From Planctomycetota bacterium (GTDB lineage: Bacteria > Planctomycetota > SZUA-567 > H5-PLA8), in the NCBI GenBank assembly GCA_045863855.1, contig BTVV01000143.1:1-14778 (forward strand): DNA of 14,778 nt, given 5' to 3'. Position 1 is the stretch's first letter; each line of letters begins with the position of its first letter. The translations under genes were made by a program, and so were the position numbers. Positions 1 through 7,749 of this stretch are shown in pieces. The notes below the pieces were generated by a model. The model was not told where the DNA came from. It was given only the letters and a program-made list of their open reading frames with translations, and did not search any database.

Positions 1-1
1 G

Positions 2-316
2 CGCGGCGGCATGTTGGGGTACGAATCCACGCCGATTTCTCCGGTGCTTGGCGCGGTGATCGGGTGCAATTTGCTGGTCGCATACCCGGTCAAGAAGCGC
101 ATGATGGCTTCGGGCGCCTGGCCGACGGGCGAGATTCGTGAACGCGCAGACGGCAAGAAGGAAGAGGTGTTGGAAGGGAATTACATTCCCTTCGGTCCAT
201 CGTTGGCGCTGGCGGCGGTACTGGTCGTGTTTTACCATCCTTTGCTTCTGGATGTCTTCGGCTGGTGGTTCTTACGTACGCCTGTCGTACTTCCATGGGC
301 GTTGCCGTTCGTGTGA
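2..316 (+). CDS. Prepilin peptidase (A24/PilD-like), C-terminal fragment, 5'-truncated by the window edge
   Basis: The frame is open from base 2 (RGGMLGYES...). It has a hydrophobic segment (PVLGAVIGCNLLVAY) and the typical C-terminal motif YIPFGPSLALAAVLVVF. Stop TGA at 314-316. The catalytic aspartates lie outside the window. Confidence 0.8.
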   Translation, partial: RGGMLGYESTPISPVLGAVIGCNLLVAYPVKKRMMASGAWPTGEIRERADGKKEEVLEGNYIPFGPSLALAAVLVVFYHPLLLDVFGWWFLRTPVVLPWALPFV

Positions 317-325
317 GATGAAATC

Positions 326-958
326 ATGGCCATAGCGATCGTCGATTACGGGCTGGGCAATCTGCGCAGTGTGGAGAAGGCCTTCGCGCATTTGGGCGCC
401 GAAACGAAACTCGTGACGAGCGCGAACGAACTGGAGGCCGCGCCGGCCGCGGTGTTGCCCGGCGTGGGCGCCTTCGGCGACGGCATAGCGGGTCTCGAGA
501 AGCGCGGGTTCTCCGGGCCGCTGCGCGCGTACGCGGCTTCGGGCCGTCCGCTACTGGGCATTTGCCTGGGCTTGCATCTTTTTTTCGAGCGCAGCGACGA
601 AGCGCCCGGGGTCGCAGGGTTAGGCATCCTTCCAGGCGAGGTGAGGCTCTTTAAGGGTGCCGCATTCGGCGCGCGGGGCGGATTGAAGGTTCCGCACATG
701 GGCTGGAACAGTCTCGCGTTCGCCTCGAGCCACCCGCTATTCGAGGGGCTCGACGCAGGTTCGAGCGTCTATTTCGTGCACTCCTTTTATGTCGCGCCCG
801 GCGCTGAGGATACGGTCTTGGCCACGAGCGATTATGGCGGGCGATTCTGCGCGGCGGCCGGCAAGGGCGCGGTGGCGGGCTGCCAGTTCCACCCCGAGAA
901 GAGCCAGCGTGTGGGGCTGCGCATCCTAGAGAATTGGGTGAAGAGTCTTTCGGCGTAA
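326..958 (+). CDS. hisH: Imidazole glycerol phosphate synthase, glutaminase subunit HisH
   Basis: IAIVDYGLGNLRSV, LPGVGAFGD, nucleophile GICLG, KVPHMGWN, YFVHSF and QFHPEKS (Cys-His-Glu triad). Confidence 0.97.
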   Translation: MAIAIVDYGLGNLRSVEKAFAHLGAETKLVTSANELEAAPAAVLPGVGAFGDGIAGLEKRGFSGPLRAYAASGRPLLGICLGLHLFFERSDEAPGVAGLGILPGEVRLFKGAAFGARGGLKVPHMGWNSLAFASSHPLFEGLDAGSSVYFVHSFYVAPGAEDTVLATSDYGGRFCAAAGKGAVAGCQFHPEKSQRVGLRILENWVKSLSA

Positions 959-973
959 GGTTCACGGGCTTCT

Positions 974-980
974 TAAGGAG
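974..980 (+). promoter_or_regulatory. Shine-Dalgarno site for the M24 peptidase
   Basis: TAAGGAG ends 6 nt before ATG 987. Confidence 0.75.
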
Positions 981-986
981 TCAGGC

Positions 987-2096
987 ATGGCGGTGGTTCC
1001 TCCGGCGGCGGAGTTGCGCGGGCGCGTAGCGCGCTTTCGCGAAATCATGGCGTTCGAAAAAATTGGCGGCGCCTTCGTCACCGATCCGATGAACGTGCGC
1101 TACTTGTCGGGATTCACCGGCGACGACAGCGCGCTGCTGGTGACACAGAAACGCAAACTGCTGCTGACCGATTTCCGCTTCATCGAAGAAGCGCAACAAT
1201 CGGCGAAGGGTTGGCAGATCGTGCTCAAGCCGCCGGGCCTGATGGACAAAGCCGGCGAATGGGCGCGTAAACTGCGCGTGCGGACACTGGGAGTGGAACG
1301 GCATGACCTGTCGCTAGGCGATTTGGACGCGCTCAAGAAGGCCGCCAAAGGTGTCAAGATTTCCTTGCCGCGCGAAAGCCTGATCGGACGCTTGCGCCTG
1401 ATCAAGAGCGGCTGGGAGATCCGGCAGATCGAGAAGGCGCTGCGGATTCAGGAGCAGGCGTTCCGCGAAGTTTGTGCGCTGCTGAAGACCGGGATGCGCG
1501 AGCGTGAAGCCGCGGCGGAACTGCGCTACCGGATGGTTTGCGCCGGGGCCGACGACCAAGCATTCGATTGCATGTTCCAGTGGGGGCCGAACTCAAGCCT
1601 GCCCCATGGGCGCCCTACGGATAAGAAGTTGCCGCGCCGGAGCATAGTTTTGATCGATTGGGGTGCACGATGTGGGGGGTATCACGCCGACTTGACGCGC
1701 ACGTTCTTCATCGGTAAGATTCCGCCCCGCTTGCGTAAGATTCATGGGATCGTCGCCGAGGCACAACGCCGAGCGATTGCGGCGGTGGGTCCGGGCGTGG
1801 AATTGGCCGCGGTGGATCGAGCGGCTCGGGAGCACATTCGTAAGTCTGGGTACGGAAAGTACTTCGGACACGGAACGGGTCATGGGCTGGGGTTGCGCAT
1901 TCACGAGGCGCCGTCGTTGAACTCGCGGGCGCAGGGCATGCTTCAACCCGGCATGGTGGTAACGGTGGAGCCGGGCATCTATCTGCCTGGAGTCGGCGGC
2001 GTGCGCATCGAGGATGATGTACTGGTGACCGCGAGCGGCCACCGCGTACTCAGCCGAATGCCCATCGGGTTGCGTTGGAACGGTTCCAACCGATAG
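987..2096 (+). CDS. Xaa-Pro peptidase (aminopeptidase P/prolidase, M24B family)
   Basis: N-terminal creatinase-like domain ([15 protein letters not shown]). Metal-ligand motifs [28 protein letters not shown] and GVRIEDD. Confidence 0.95.
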   Translation: MAVVPPAAELRGRVARFREIMAFEKIGGAFVTDPMNVRYLSGFTGDDSALLVTQKRKLLLTDFRFIEEAQQSAKGWQIVLKPPGLMDKAGEWARKLRVRTLGVERHDLSLGDLDALKKAAKGVKISLPRESLIGRLRLIKSGWEIRQIEKALRIQEQAFREVCALLKTGMREREAAAELRYRMVCAGADDQAFDCMFQWGPNSSLPHGRPTDKKLPRRSIVLIDWGARCGGYHADLTRTFFIGKIPPRLRKIHGIVAEAQRRAIAAVGPGVELAAVDRAAREHIRKSGYGKYFGHGTGHGLGLRIHEAPSLNSRAQGMLQPGMVVTVEPGIYLPGVGGVRIEDDVLVTASGHRVLSRMPIGLRWNGSNR

Positions 2097-2130
2097 CCGC
2101 GGCCCTCAGCAAGGTAAGGTTTCAGCATCC

Positions 2131-2619
2131 ATGAATTTGGAGACGATCGAGAAGCTGATCAAGTTCATGGAGACTCACGAACTGACGGAGCTGTCGGTTC
2201 GTGAGGGGGATCTGGAATTCAAGGCGCGCCGCGGCGAACGCCGGGAGATGCCGTACGTCTTCCAGCCGACGCATTCGATCGTGCATCCCGCGGAGCAAGC
2301 CGCTCCGGCGCCGGCGTCCAAAGGCGCGGCCGAACCGCCCAAGCCCGCGGCACAAGCGGCATCGGGCAGCGGCAAACCGACGCAGGAAATCTGTTCGCCG
2401 ATCGTGGGCACGTTTTACCGCAAGCCGAACCCGACTTCGCAACCGTTCAAGGAAGTCGGCGACCGCGTACAGAAGGACGACGTGGTCTGCATCGTCGAAG
2501 CGATGAAGGTGATGAACGAAATCAAGGCCGACGTGGCCGGCACGATCGTCAAGATCCTGGTCGAGGATGCCACGCCGGTGGAATTCGGCCAGCCGTTGTT
2601 CCTGGTGGAGCCGAGCTAA
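2131..2619 (+). CDS. accB: Acetyl-CoA carboxylase biotin carboxyl carrier protein
   Basis: N-terminal [13 protein letters not shown], an Ala/Pro-rich linker, SPIVGTFY, the biotinylation motif EAMKVMNEI (Lys codon 2506-2508) and VEFGQPLF. Confidence 0.97.
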   Translation: MNLETIEKLIKFMETHELTELSVREGDLEFKARRGERREMPYVFQPTHSIVHPAEQAAPAPASKGAAEPPKPAAQAASGSGKPTQEICSPIVGTFYRKPNPTSQPFKEVGDRVQKDDVVCIVEAMKVMNEIKADVAGTIVKILVEDATPVEFGQPLFLVEPS

Positions 2620-2698
2620 AAGGACGCGCAGGGCCGCGTAGACCCCGCGCCGGCGTCGGGGTGGACGCGCCTTGCCCCGGGGTCTGCCCGCCACTGCG

Positions 2699-4057
2699 AT
2701 GTTTTCCCGCATTCTGATCGCCAACCGTGGCGAAATCGCCCTTCGCATCATCCGCACCTGCAAACGGATGGGCGTGGAAACCGTCGTGGTCTATTCGCAG
2801 GCGGATAAGGACGCCGTTTATCTGCGCATGGCCGACCGCGCGATCTGCATCGGTCCGCCCCCCGCCAAGCAGAGTTACTTGGTGGTGAACAACATCATCG
2901 CGGCGGCAGAGATCGCCGATGTCGAAGCGATCCACCCCGGATACGGTTTTCTGAGCGAAAACGCGCACTTCGCGGAGGTCTGCCGCTCCTGCAAGATCGC
3001 GTTCATCGGCCCGCCCACCAAAGCCATCGAACAGATGGGCGACAAGATTTCGGCCAAGAAGATCGCGCAGAAGGCCGGCGTGCCGACGGTGCCGGGCAGC
3101 GAAGGAGCCGTCGAGAACGAAGAAGCGGCGCTCTCTTGGGCCGAGAAGATCGGCTATCCGGTTCTCTTCAAGGCCAGCGCGGGCGGCGGCGGGCGCGGCA
3201 TGCGCATCGCCCACAACCCGATGAGCCTGCGCAGCAACTACATGCAGGCGCGCACCGAAGCCGAAGCGGCTTTCGGCAACGGGACGTTGTATCTCGAAAA
3301 GTTCATCGAATCGATGCGGCACGTCGAAGTGCAGATACTGGGCGACGAGCACGGGCATGTGCTCCACTTGGGCGAGCGCGACTGCACGGTCCAGCGGCGC
3401 AACCAGAAGCTGATCGAAGAGACGCCGTGTCCGGTGATCGACAAGCGCACGCGCTACGACATTCAGATGGCCGCGGTGCGGTTGATGAAAGCGGCCGGGT
3501 ACTTCAGTGCGGGGACGGTCGAGTTCATTTATGACATCAAGGACCGCAAGTTCTACTTCATGGAAGTGAACACCCGCTTGCAGGTCGAGCATCCGGTCAC
3601 GGAGATGGTGACGGGCCTGGATCTGGTGGAAGAGCAGTTACGGGTGGCCAGTGGCGAAGCGTTGCGCTGGCGGCAGAAGGACATCGACAACCGGTTGAAG
3701 GATGGCGGGCATTCGATCGAGTGCCGGATCAATGCGGAAGACCCGAAGCGCGGGTTCGCGCCGTCGCCAGGCAAGTTGGCGCTGTATTGCCCGCCCGCGG
3801 GCAGCGGGATTCGCATGGACTCGCATATCTATTCGGGCTACACGGTGCCGCCGTACTACGATTCGATGTTAGGCAAGTTGATTGTCCACGGGCGCGACCG
3901 TCAGGAAGCGATCCGGCGCATGCGCAACGCGCTGGACGAGTTGGTGCTGGAAGGGGTCGCGACGACCATTCCGCTGTACCGCGAGATCTTCGAGCATGCC
4001 GCGTTCGTATCCGGACGCTACGACACCAATTTCACCAGCTCCGAATTGGGTCTCTGA
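2699..4057 (+). CDS. accC: Acetyl-CoA carboxylase biotin carboxylase subunit
   Basis: ATG 2699 gives [14 protein letters not shown] and is preferred over the track's TTG 2672. Motifs [51 protein letters not shown] and [10 protein letters not shown]. Directly follows accB. Confidence 0.97.
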   Translation: MFSRILIANRGEIALRIIRTCKRMGVETVVVYSQADKDAVYLRMADRAICIGPPPAKQSYLVVNNIIAAAEIADVEAIHPGYGFLSENAHFAEVCRSCKIAFIGPPTKAIEQMGDKISAKKIAQKAGVPTVPGSEGAVENEEAALSWAEKIGYPVLFKASAGGGGRGMRIAHNPMSLRSNYMQARTEAEAAFGNGTLYLEKFIESMRHVEVQILGDEHGHVLHLGERDCTVQRRNQKLIEETPCPVIDKRTRYDIQMAAVRLMKAAGYFSAGTVEFIYDIKDRKFYFMEVNTRLQVEHPVTEMVTGLDLVEEQLRVASGEALRWRQKDIDNRLKDGGHSIECRINAEDPKRGFAPSPGKLALYCPPAGSGIRMDSHIYSGYTVPPYYDSMLGKLIVHGRDRQEAIRRMRNALDELVLEGVATTIPLYREIFEHAAFVSGRYDTNFTSSELGL

Positions 4058-4163
4058 TTCATTCCAACCGCCCGAAATTCACCAATGTGATCGAGTGAGT
4101 GCAGTGGCCGGCGCGAGCGGCAGAAGAATGGTTGCCTCCGCGCAGTTCCCGGCCTCGGGTTCC

Positions 4164-4191
4164 TTGCGCGGCGGACCGCGCCGGATAAGAT
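4164..4191 (+). promoter_or_regulatory. Candidate sigma70-type promoter for pfk
   Basis: TTGCGC (4164-4169), a 16-nt spacer and TAAGAT (4186-4191), about 30 nt upstream of the start codon. Pattern match only. Confidence 0.35.
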
Positions 4192-4206
4192 GCCGGATGC
4201 CTAACC

Positions 4207-4215
4207 TAAGAGGAG
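4207..4215 (+). promoter_or_regulatory. Shine-Dalgarno site for pfk
   Basis: TAAGAGGAG ends 7 nt before ATG 4223. Confidence 0.75.
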
Positions 4216-4222
4216 TGTAGAG

Positions 4223-5329
4223 ATGAAGCGCATCGCCATGTTGACCGGCGGCGGAGACGCCCCGGGCTTGAACGCCGTCATTCGCGGGATCGTCACGCGG
4301 CTGTCGAAGGAAACCAGCGAGCAATACAAGTGTATCGGTTTTATCGACGGCTGGGCCGGGTTGCGCGACAAGCGCATCGAAGACCTCACGGCGCATTCGG
4401 TGGATCAGATTCTCCACGAAGGCGGCACCATTCTTGGAACTTCCCGAACCAATCTGTACAAGAAACCGGAGGACGTGCAGAAGGCGCTGACGAACTTCAA
4501 GCAACTCGGTATCGACGCGCTCGTCGCCATCGGCGGCGACGACACGCTGGAAATCGCCTACTACCTTTACCGCGATCACGGCATCCCGGCCATCGGCGTC
4601 CCTAAAACGATCGACAACGACGTGCTGGGAACTGACTTCACCTTCGGATTCTGGTCCGCGGTGGAGAAGGCCACGGCGGCGATTGACGACCTGCGTACGA
4701 CCACAATGAGCCATCACCGGATCATGGTGGTGGAGTGCATGGGCCGGCACGCGGGCTGGATCACGGCGTACACGGGCGTGGCGAGCGGCGCGGAGTTCAT
4801 CGCGGTGCCCGAGCATCCGGTGCGGATCGAGGCCATTGCCGAAGCCTGCCGGCGCGCGCGCGAGCGCGGTAAGTTGCACGCGATCGTCGTGGTCGCCGAA
4901 GGCGCTTCGATCGGCGGCGTGGACGCTAAGCCGCGGGTCGTTAAAAAGGAAGGCGGCGGCTGGGAAATCAGCGAAAAGGTGGAGCGCGACAGTTTCGGCA
5001 ATATCGTGCTGAAGCCCGGTGAGATCGCCGAGGCGGTGGCCAAAGAGTTGGAAAAACTGACGGGCATCGAGACGCGAGGTTTGGCGCTGGGACATTTGCA
5101 GCGCGGCGGATCGCCCAGCGCGTACGACCGGATTCTGGGCTCGCGGTACGGCATCTGCGCGGCGGAGGCGGTGGCCGCCGGGAAGTACGGGCACATGGTG
5201 ACTCTGCGTGGGGATCGGGTGGAAGCCGTGCCGATGAAAGGCATGTTGCGCGAAAGCCAGACCGAGAAGAAGCGCTACAAGCTGCTGCCGGACGACTTCA
5301 TGCCGATGGCGGAGATCTTCTACAGCTAA
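4223..5329 (+). CDS. pfkA: 6-phosphofructokinase (PfkA family, group III-like), probably PPi-dependent
   Basis: LTGGGDAPGLNAVIR, GGTILGTSR, GGDDT, PKTIDND, MGRHAGW, VVAEGA and LGHLQRGG. Confidence 0.93.
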   Translation: MKRIAMLTGGGDAPGLNAVIRGIVTRLSKETSEQYKCIGFIDGWAGLRDKRIEDLTAHSVDQILHEGGTILGTSRTNLYKKPEDVQKALTNFKQLGIDALVAIGGDDTLEIAYYLYRDHGIPAIGVPKTIDNDVLGTDFTFGFWSAVEKATAAIDDLRTTTMSHHRIMVVECMGRHAGWITAYTGVASGAEFIAVPEHPVRIEAIAEACRRARERGKLHAIVVVAEGASIGGVDAKPRVVKKEGGGWEISEKVERDSFGNIVLKPGEIAEAVAKELEKLTGIETRGLALGHLQRGGSPSAYDRILGSRYGICAAEAVAAGKYGHMVTLRGDRVEAVPMKGMLRESQTEKKRYKLLPDDFMPMAEIFYS

Positions 5330-5401
5330 GCGGATCCGGCGCCGCCGACGGGGCGGCGCGCCGCGGTACGGACCCGCACAGGCGCGGGCGGACGGGTCGT
5401 G

Positions 5402-5407
5402 AAGGAG
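5402..5407 (+). promoter_or_regulatory. Shine-Dalgarno site for the cold-shock gene
   Basis: AAGGAG ends 7 nt before ATG 5415. Confidence 0.75.
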
Positions 5408-5414
5408 ACGGCGG

Positions 5415-5630
5415 ATGCCCACGGGAAAAGTGAAGTGGTTTAACGATCAAAAGGGCTACGGATTCATTACGCCCGATGACGGCGGCAAGGATATCTTCGT
5501 CCACCACAGCAGCATCGTGGCCGACGGATTCCGCAGCTTGGCGGAAGGGCAGGCGGTGGAATACGAAGTCGTGCAGAGCGAAAAGGGTCCCAAGGCGGCG
5601 AACGTCAAGCCATCGGGCGGCAACGCCTGA
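5415..5630 (+). CDS. Cold-shock domain protein (CspA family)
   Basis: GKVKWFN, RNP1 KGYGFI, RNP2 DIFVHHS and KGPKAANV; 71 aa. Confidence 0.97.
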   Translation: MPTGKVKWFNDQKGYGFITPDDGGKDIFVHHSSIVADGFRSLAEGQAVEYEVVQSEKGPKAANVKPSGGNA

Positions 5631-5659
5631 TTCGTAGGGTCCGTGGAAGCGAACAATCG

Positions 5660-5694
5660 AGGCCTCGCCGGGAAGATCCGGCGGGGCCTTTTTT
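5660..5694 (+). terminator. Rho-independent terminator after the csp gene
   Basis: GGCCTCGCCGG pairs with CCGGCGGGGCC (11-bp stem, one G-U) around a short loop and is followed by TTTTTT (5689-5694). Confidence 0.88.
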
Positions 5695-5725
5695 ATGCCT
5701 CACGCTCCGCGTGCAGGCATGCCCA

Positions 5726-5739
5726 CATAATGGTAAGCT
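5726..5739 (+). promoter_or_regulatory. Candidate -10 elements for the mnmG transcription unit
   Basis: CATAAT (5726-5731) overlaps an extended -10-like TG-G-TAAGCT (5731-5739), just past the terminator. GGAGG at 5752-5756 precedes ATG 5770. No good -35 is visible. Confidence 0.35.
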
Positions 5740-5769
5740 GGTCCGGGGGTTGGAGGCGGCGGATCGGGC

Positions 5770-7746
5770 ATGAGCGAAGTGGTCGATCGAGCCACGGCGT
5801 TCGACGTGATCGTGGTGGGCGCCGGACACGCCGGCTGCGAGGCCGCGCACGCCGCGGCGCGCATGGGATGCCGCACGCTTTTGGTTACGATGGCTCTCGA
5901 ATCGCTGGGGCAGATGTCCTGCAATCCGGCGGTGGGCGGCACCGCCAAGGGGATCGTCGTTCGCGAGATCGACGCCTTGGGCGGTCTGCAAGGCCTGCTC
6001 ACCGACCGCAGCGGGATCCAATTTCGCATGCTGAACCGTTCGCGGGGGCCCGCGGTACAGGCTCCGCGCGCGCAGTGCGACAAGCGGCTCTACGCGTTGC
6101 TGGCCAAGCACGCGCTGGAACGCTTGCCGAACCTGACGCTGCGCCAGGAGACGGTCGAAGAACTACTGGTCGAGTCCGCCGGCGCTTCGCGGGATCCGGA
6201 GGCCCGTTACCGCGAGCGTTTGGCGCGCTTGCGCGAAGGCGCCGCGCCGGAGGCGCTGACGTTGGCGCCGCCGTCCGAGGGCGAGTTGCGGGTCGTAGGG
6301 CTGCGCGGAGGAAGCGGCCTGACCTATCGCGCGCAAACCGTCATTCTGACTACCGGCACCTTCCTGCGCGGGCTGATCCACCAAGGCACCCGGCAAAGCC
6401 GTGGCGGGCGGGCGGGCGAACAAGCGGCGATGAGCCTTTCGGGCTCGCTGGAGGCACTGGGCTTCGAACTGCGGCGGCTGAAGACCGGAACCCCGCCGCG
6501 CTTAAATGGCCGGACGATCCGGACCGCCGGTCTCGAAGAACAATGGGGCGACGTGCCGCCGCCGGCTTTCAGCTTCCGCACCGCGAAGATCGAGCGCCCG
6601 GCGCTGCCGTGCTGGTTGACGCGCACCACGGAAGCCACGCACCGGCACATCGCCGCGAACCTGGACAAAGCGCCGCTCTACACGGGGCAGATCCGCTCCA
6701 CGGGCCCGCGCTACTGTCCGTCCATCGAAGACAAGATCGTGCGCTTCTCGGACAAAGGTTCGCATCAACTGTTCCTGGAGCCCGAAGGCGAACATACGGA
6801 AGAGGTGTACGTCGGCGGTTTTTCTACGAGCCTGCCGCCGGAGGTGCAACTCGAGCTGCTCAAGACGATCCCCGGCTGCGAAGAGGCGGAGGTGCTGCGC
6901 TTCGGGTACGCGATCGAGTACGACATGGCGCCGCCGCATCAGATCGACGCCACGCTGGCCGCTCGGCGCGTGGGCGGACTGTACCTCGCGGGGCAGATCA
7001 ACGGGACCAGCGGGTACGAAGAAGCGGCGGGGCAAGGGTTGCTGGCGGGGTTGAACGCGGCGCTGAAGGTGCGCGGCGAAGCGTCGTTCGTGCTGGGACG
7101 GGAAGAAGCCTATTTGGGCGTGCTGGTCGACGATCTGGTTACCAAGGAGATCGTGGAGCCGTACCGGCTTTTCACCAGCCGCAGCGAATACCGGCTCCAT
7201 TTGCGCCAGGATAACGCGGACCGCCGGCTGGAAGCGTATGCGCGGCGCTTCGGACTGCTCGACGCCCCGGCTCTCGATGCGGTCGCCGCCAAGCGCGCGC
7301 AGATCGAGCATGCGGCGGAGCACCTTAAGCGCGCGCGACCGCCGGCGTCGCTCAAGACGTGGTGGGAACTGCTGCGCCAGCCGGAACTGCGCATGGCGAA
7401 TCTGCGCGAACGCGGTCTGGCGCTGGATCTTTCGGGCGGAGCCGACGAGGCCCTGGAAATCGAAGCGAAGTACGAAGGCTACCTGACGCGCCAGACGCAG
7501 CAGATCGAACGCATGAAAGAACTGGAGACGCGCACGCTGCCGGAGCACCTCGATTACAAGGCCATCGGAGGATTGGCGAAAGAGGCCGCCGAGAAGCTCT
7601 CGCGGCATCGTCCGCGCACCTTTGGCCAGGCGCTGCGGCTCGACGGCGTCACGCCGGCGGACTTGACCTTCCTGACGGTGTACCTTTCCGGCGGGGCACG
7701 GCCGGGCGAACGCGCCAAGCCGGCGCCCAGCCTGGGAGGTGCCTGA
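5770..7746 (+). CDS. mnmG: tRNA uridine-5-carboxymethylaminomethyl(34) synthesis enzyme MnmG (GidA)
   Basis: FAD motif [89 protein letters not shown] and KYEGY. Confidence 0.98.
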   Translation: MSEVVDRATAFDVIVVGAGHAGCEAAHAAARMGCRTLLVTMALESLGQMSCNPAVGGTAKGIVVREIDALGGLQGLLTDRSGIQFRMLNRSRGPAVQAPRAQCDKRLYALLAKHALERLPNLTLRQETVEELLVESAGASRDPEARYRERLARLREGAAPEALTLAPPSEGELRVVGLRGGSGLTYRAQTVILTTGTFLRGLIHQGTRQSRGGRAGEQAAMSLSGSLEALGFELRRLKTGTPPRLNGRTIRTAGLEEQWGDVPPPAFSFRTAKIERPALPCWLTRTTEATHRHIAANLDKAPLYTGQIRSTGPRYCPSIEDKIVRFSDKGSHQLFLEPEGEHTEEVYVGGFSTSLPPEVQLELLKTIPGCEEAEVLRFGYAIEYDMAPPHQIDATLAARRVGGLYLAGQINGTSGYEEAAGQGLLAGLNAALKVRGEASFVLGREEAYLGVLVDDLVTKEIVEPYRLFTSRSEYRLHLRQDNADRRLEAYARRFGLLDAPALDAVAAKRAQIEHAAEHLKRARPPASLKTWWELLRQPELRMANLRERGLALDLSGGADEALEIEAKYEGYLTRQTQQIERMKELETRTLPEHLDYKAIGGLAKEAAEKLSRHRPRTFGQALRLDGVTPADLTFLTVYLSGGARPGERAKPAPSLGGA

Positions 7747-7749
7747 CCG

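Noticed and set aside
2..316. Functional link between the prepilin peptidase and the Wzy_C protein (pilin glycosylation)
   Set aside because: They are over 13 kb apart with unrelated housekeeping genes between them and no pilin gene in the window, so proximity is not evidence.
4180..4200. GCCGGATAAG followed by TGCCGGATGC, resembling enterobacterial REP ends
   Set aside because: Only a short direct repeat of GCCGGAT. It has no REP hairpin or GTAG end and no other copies were seen; likely chance or part of the promoter.
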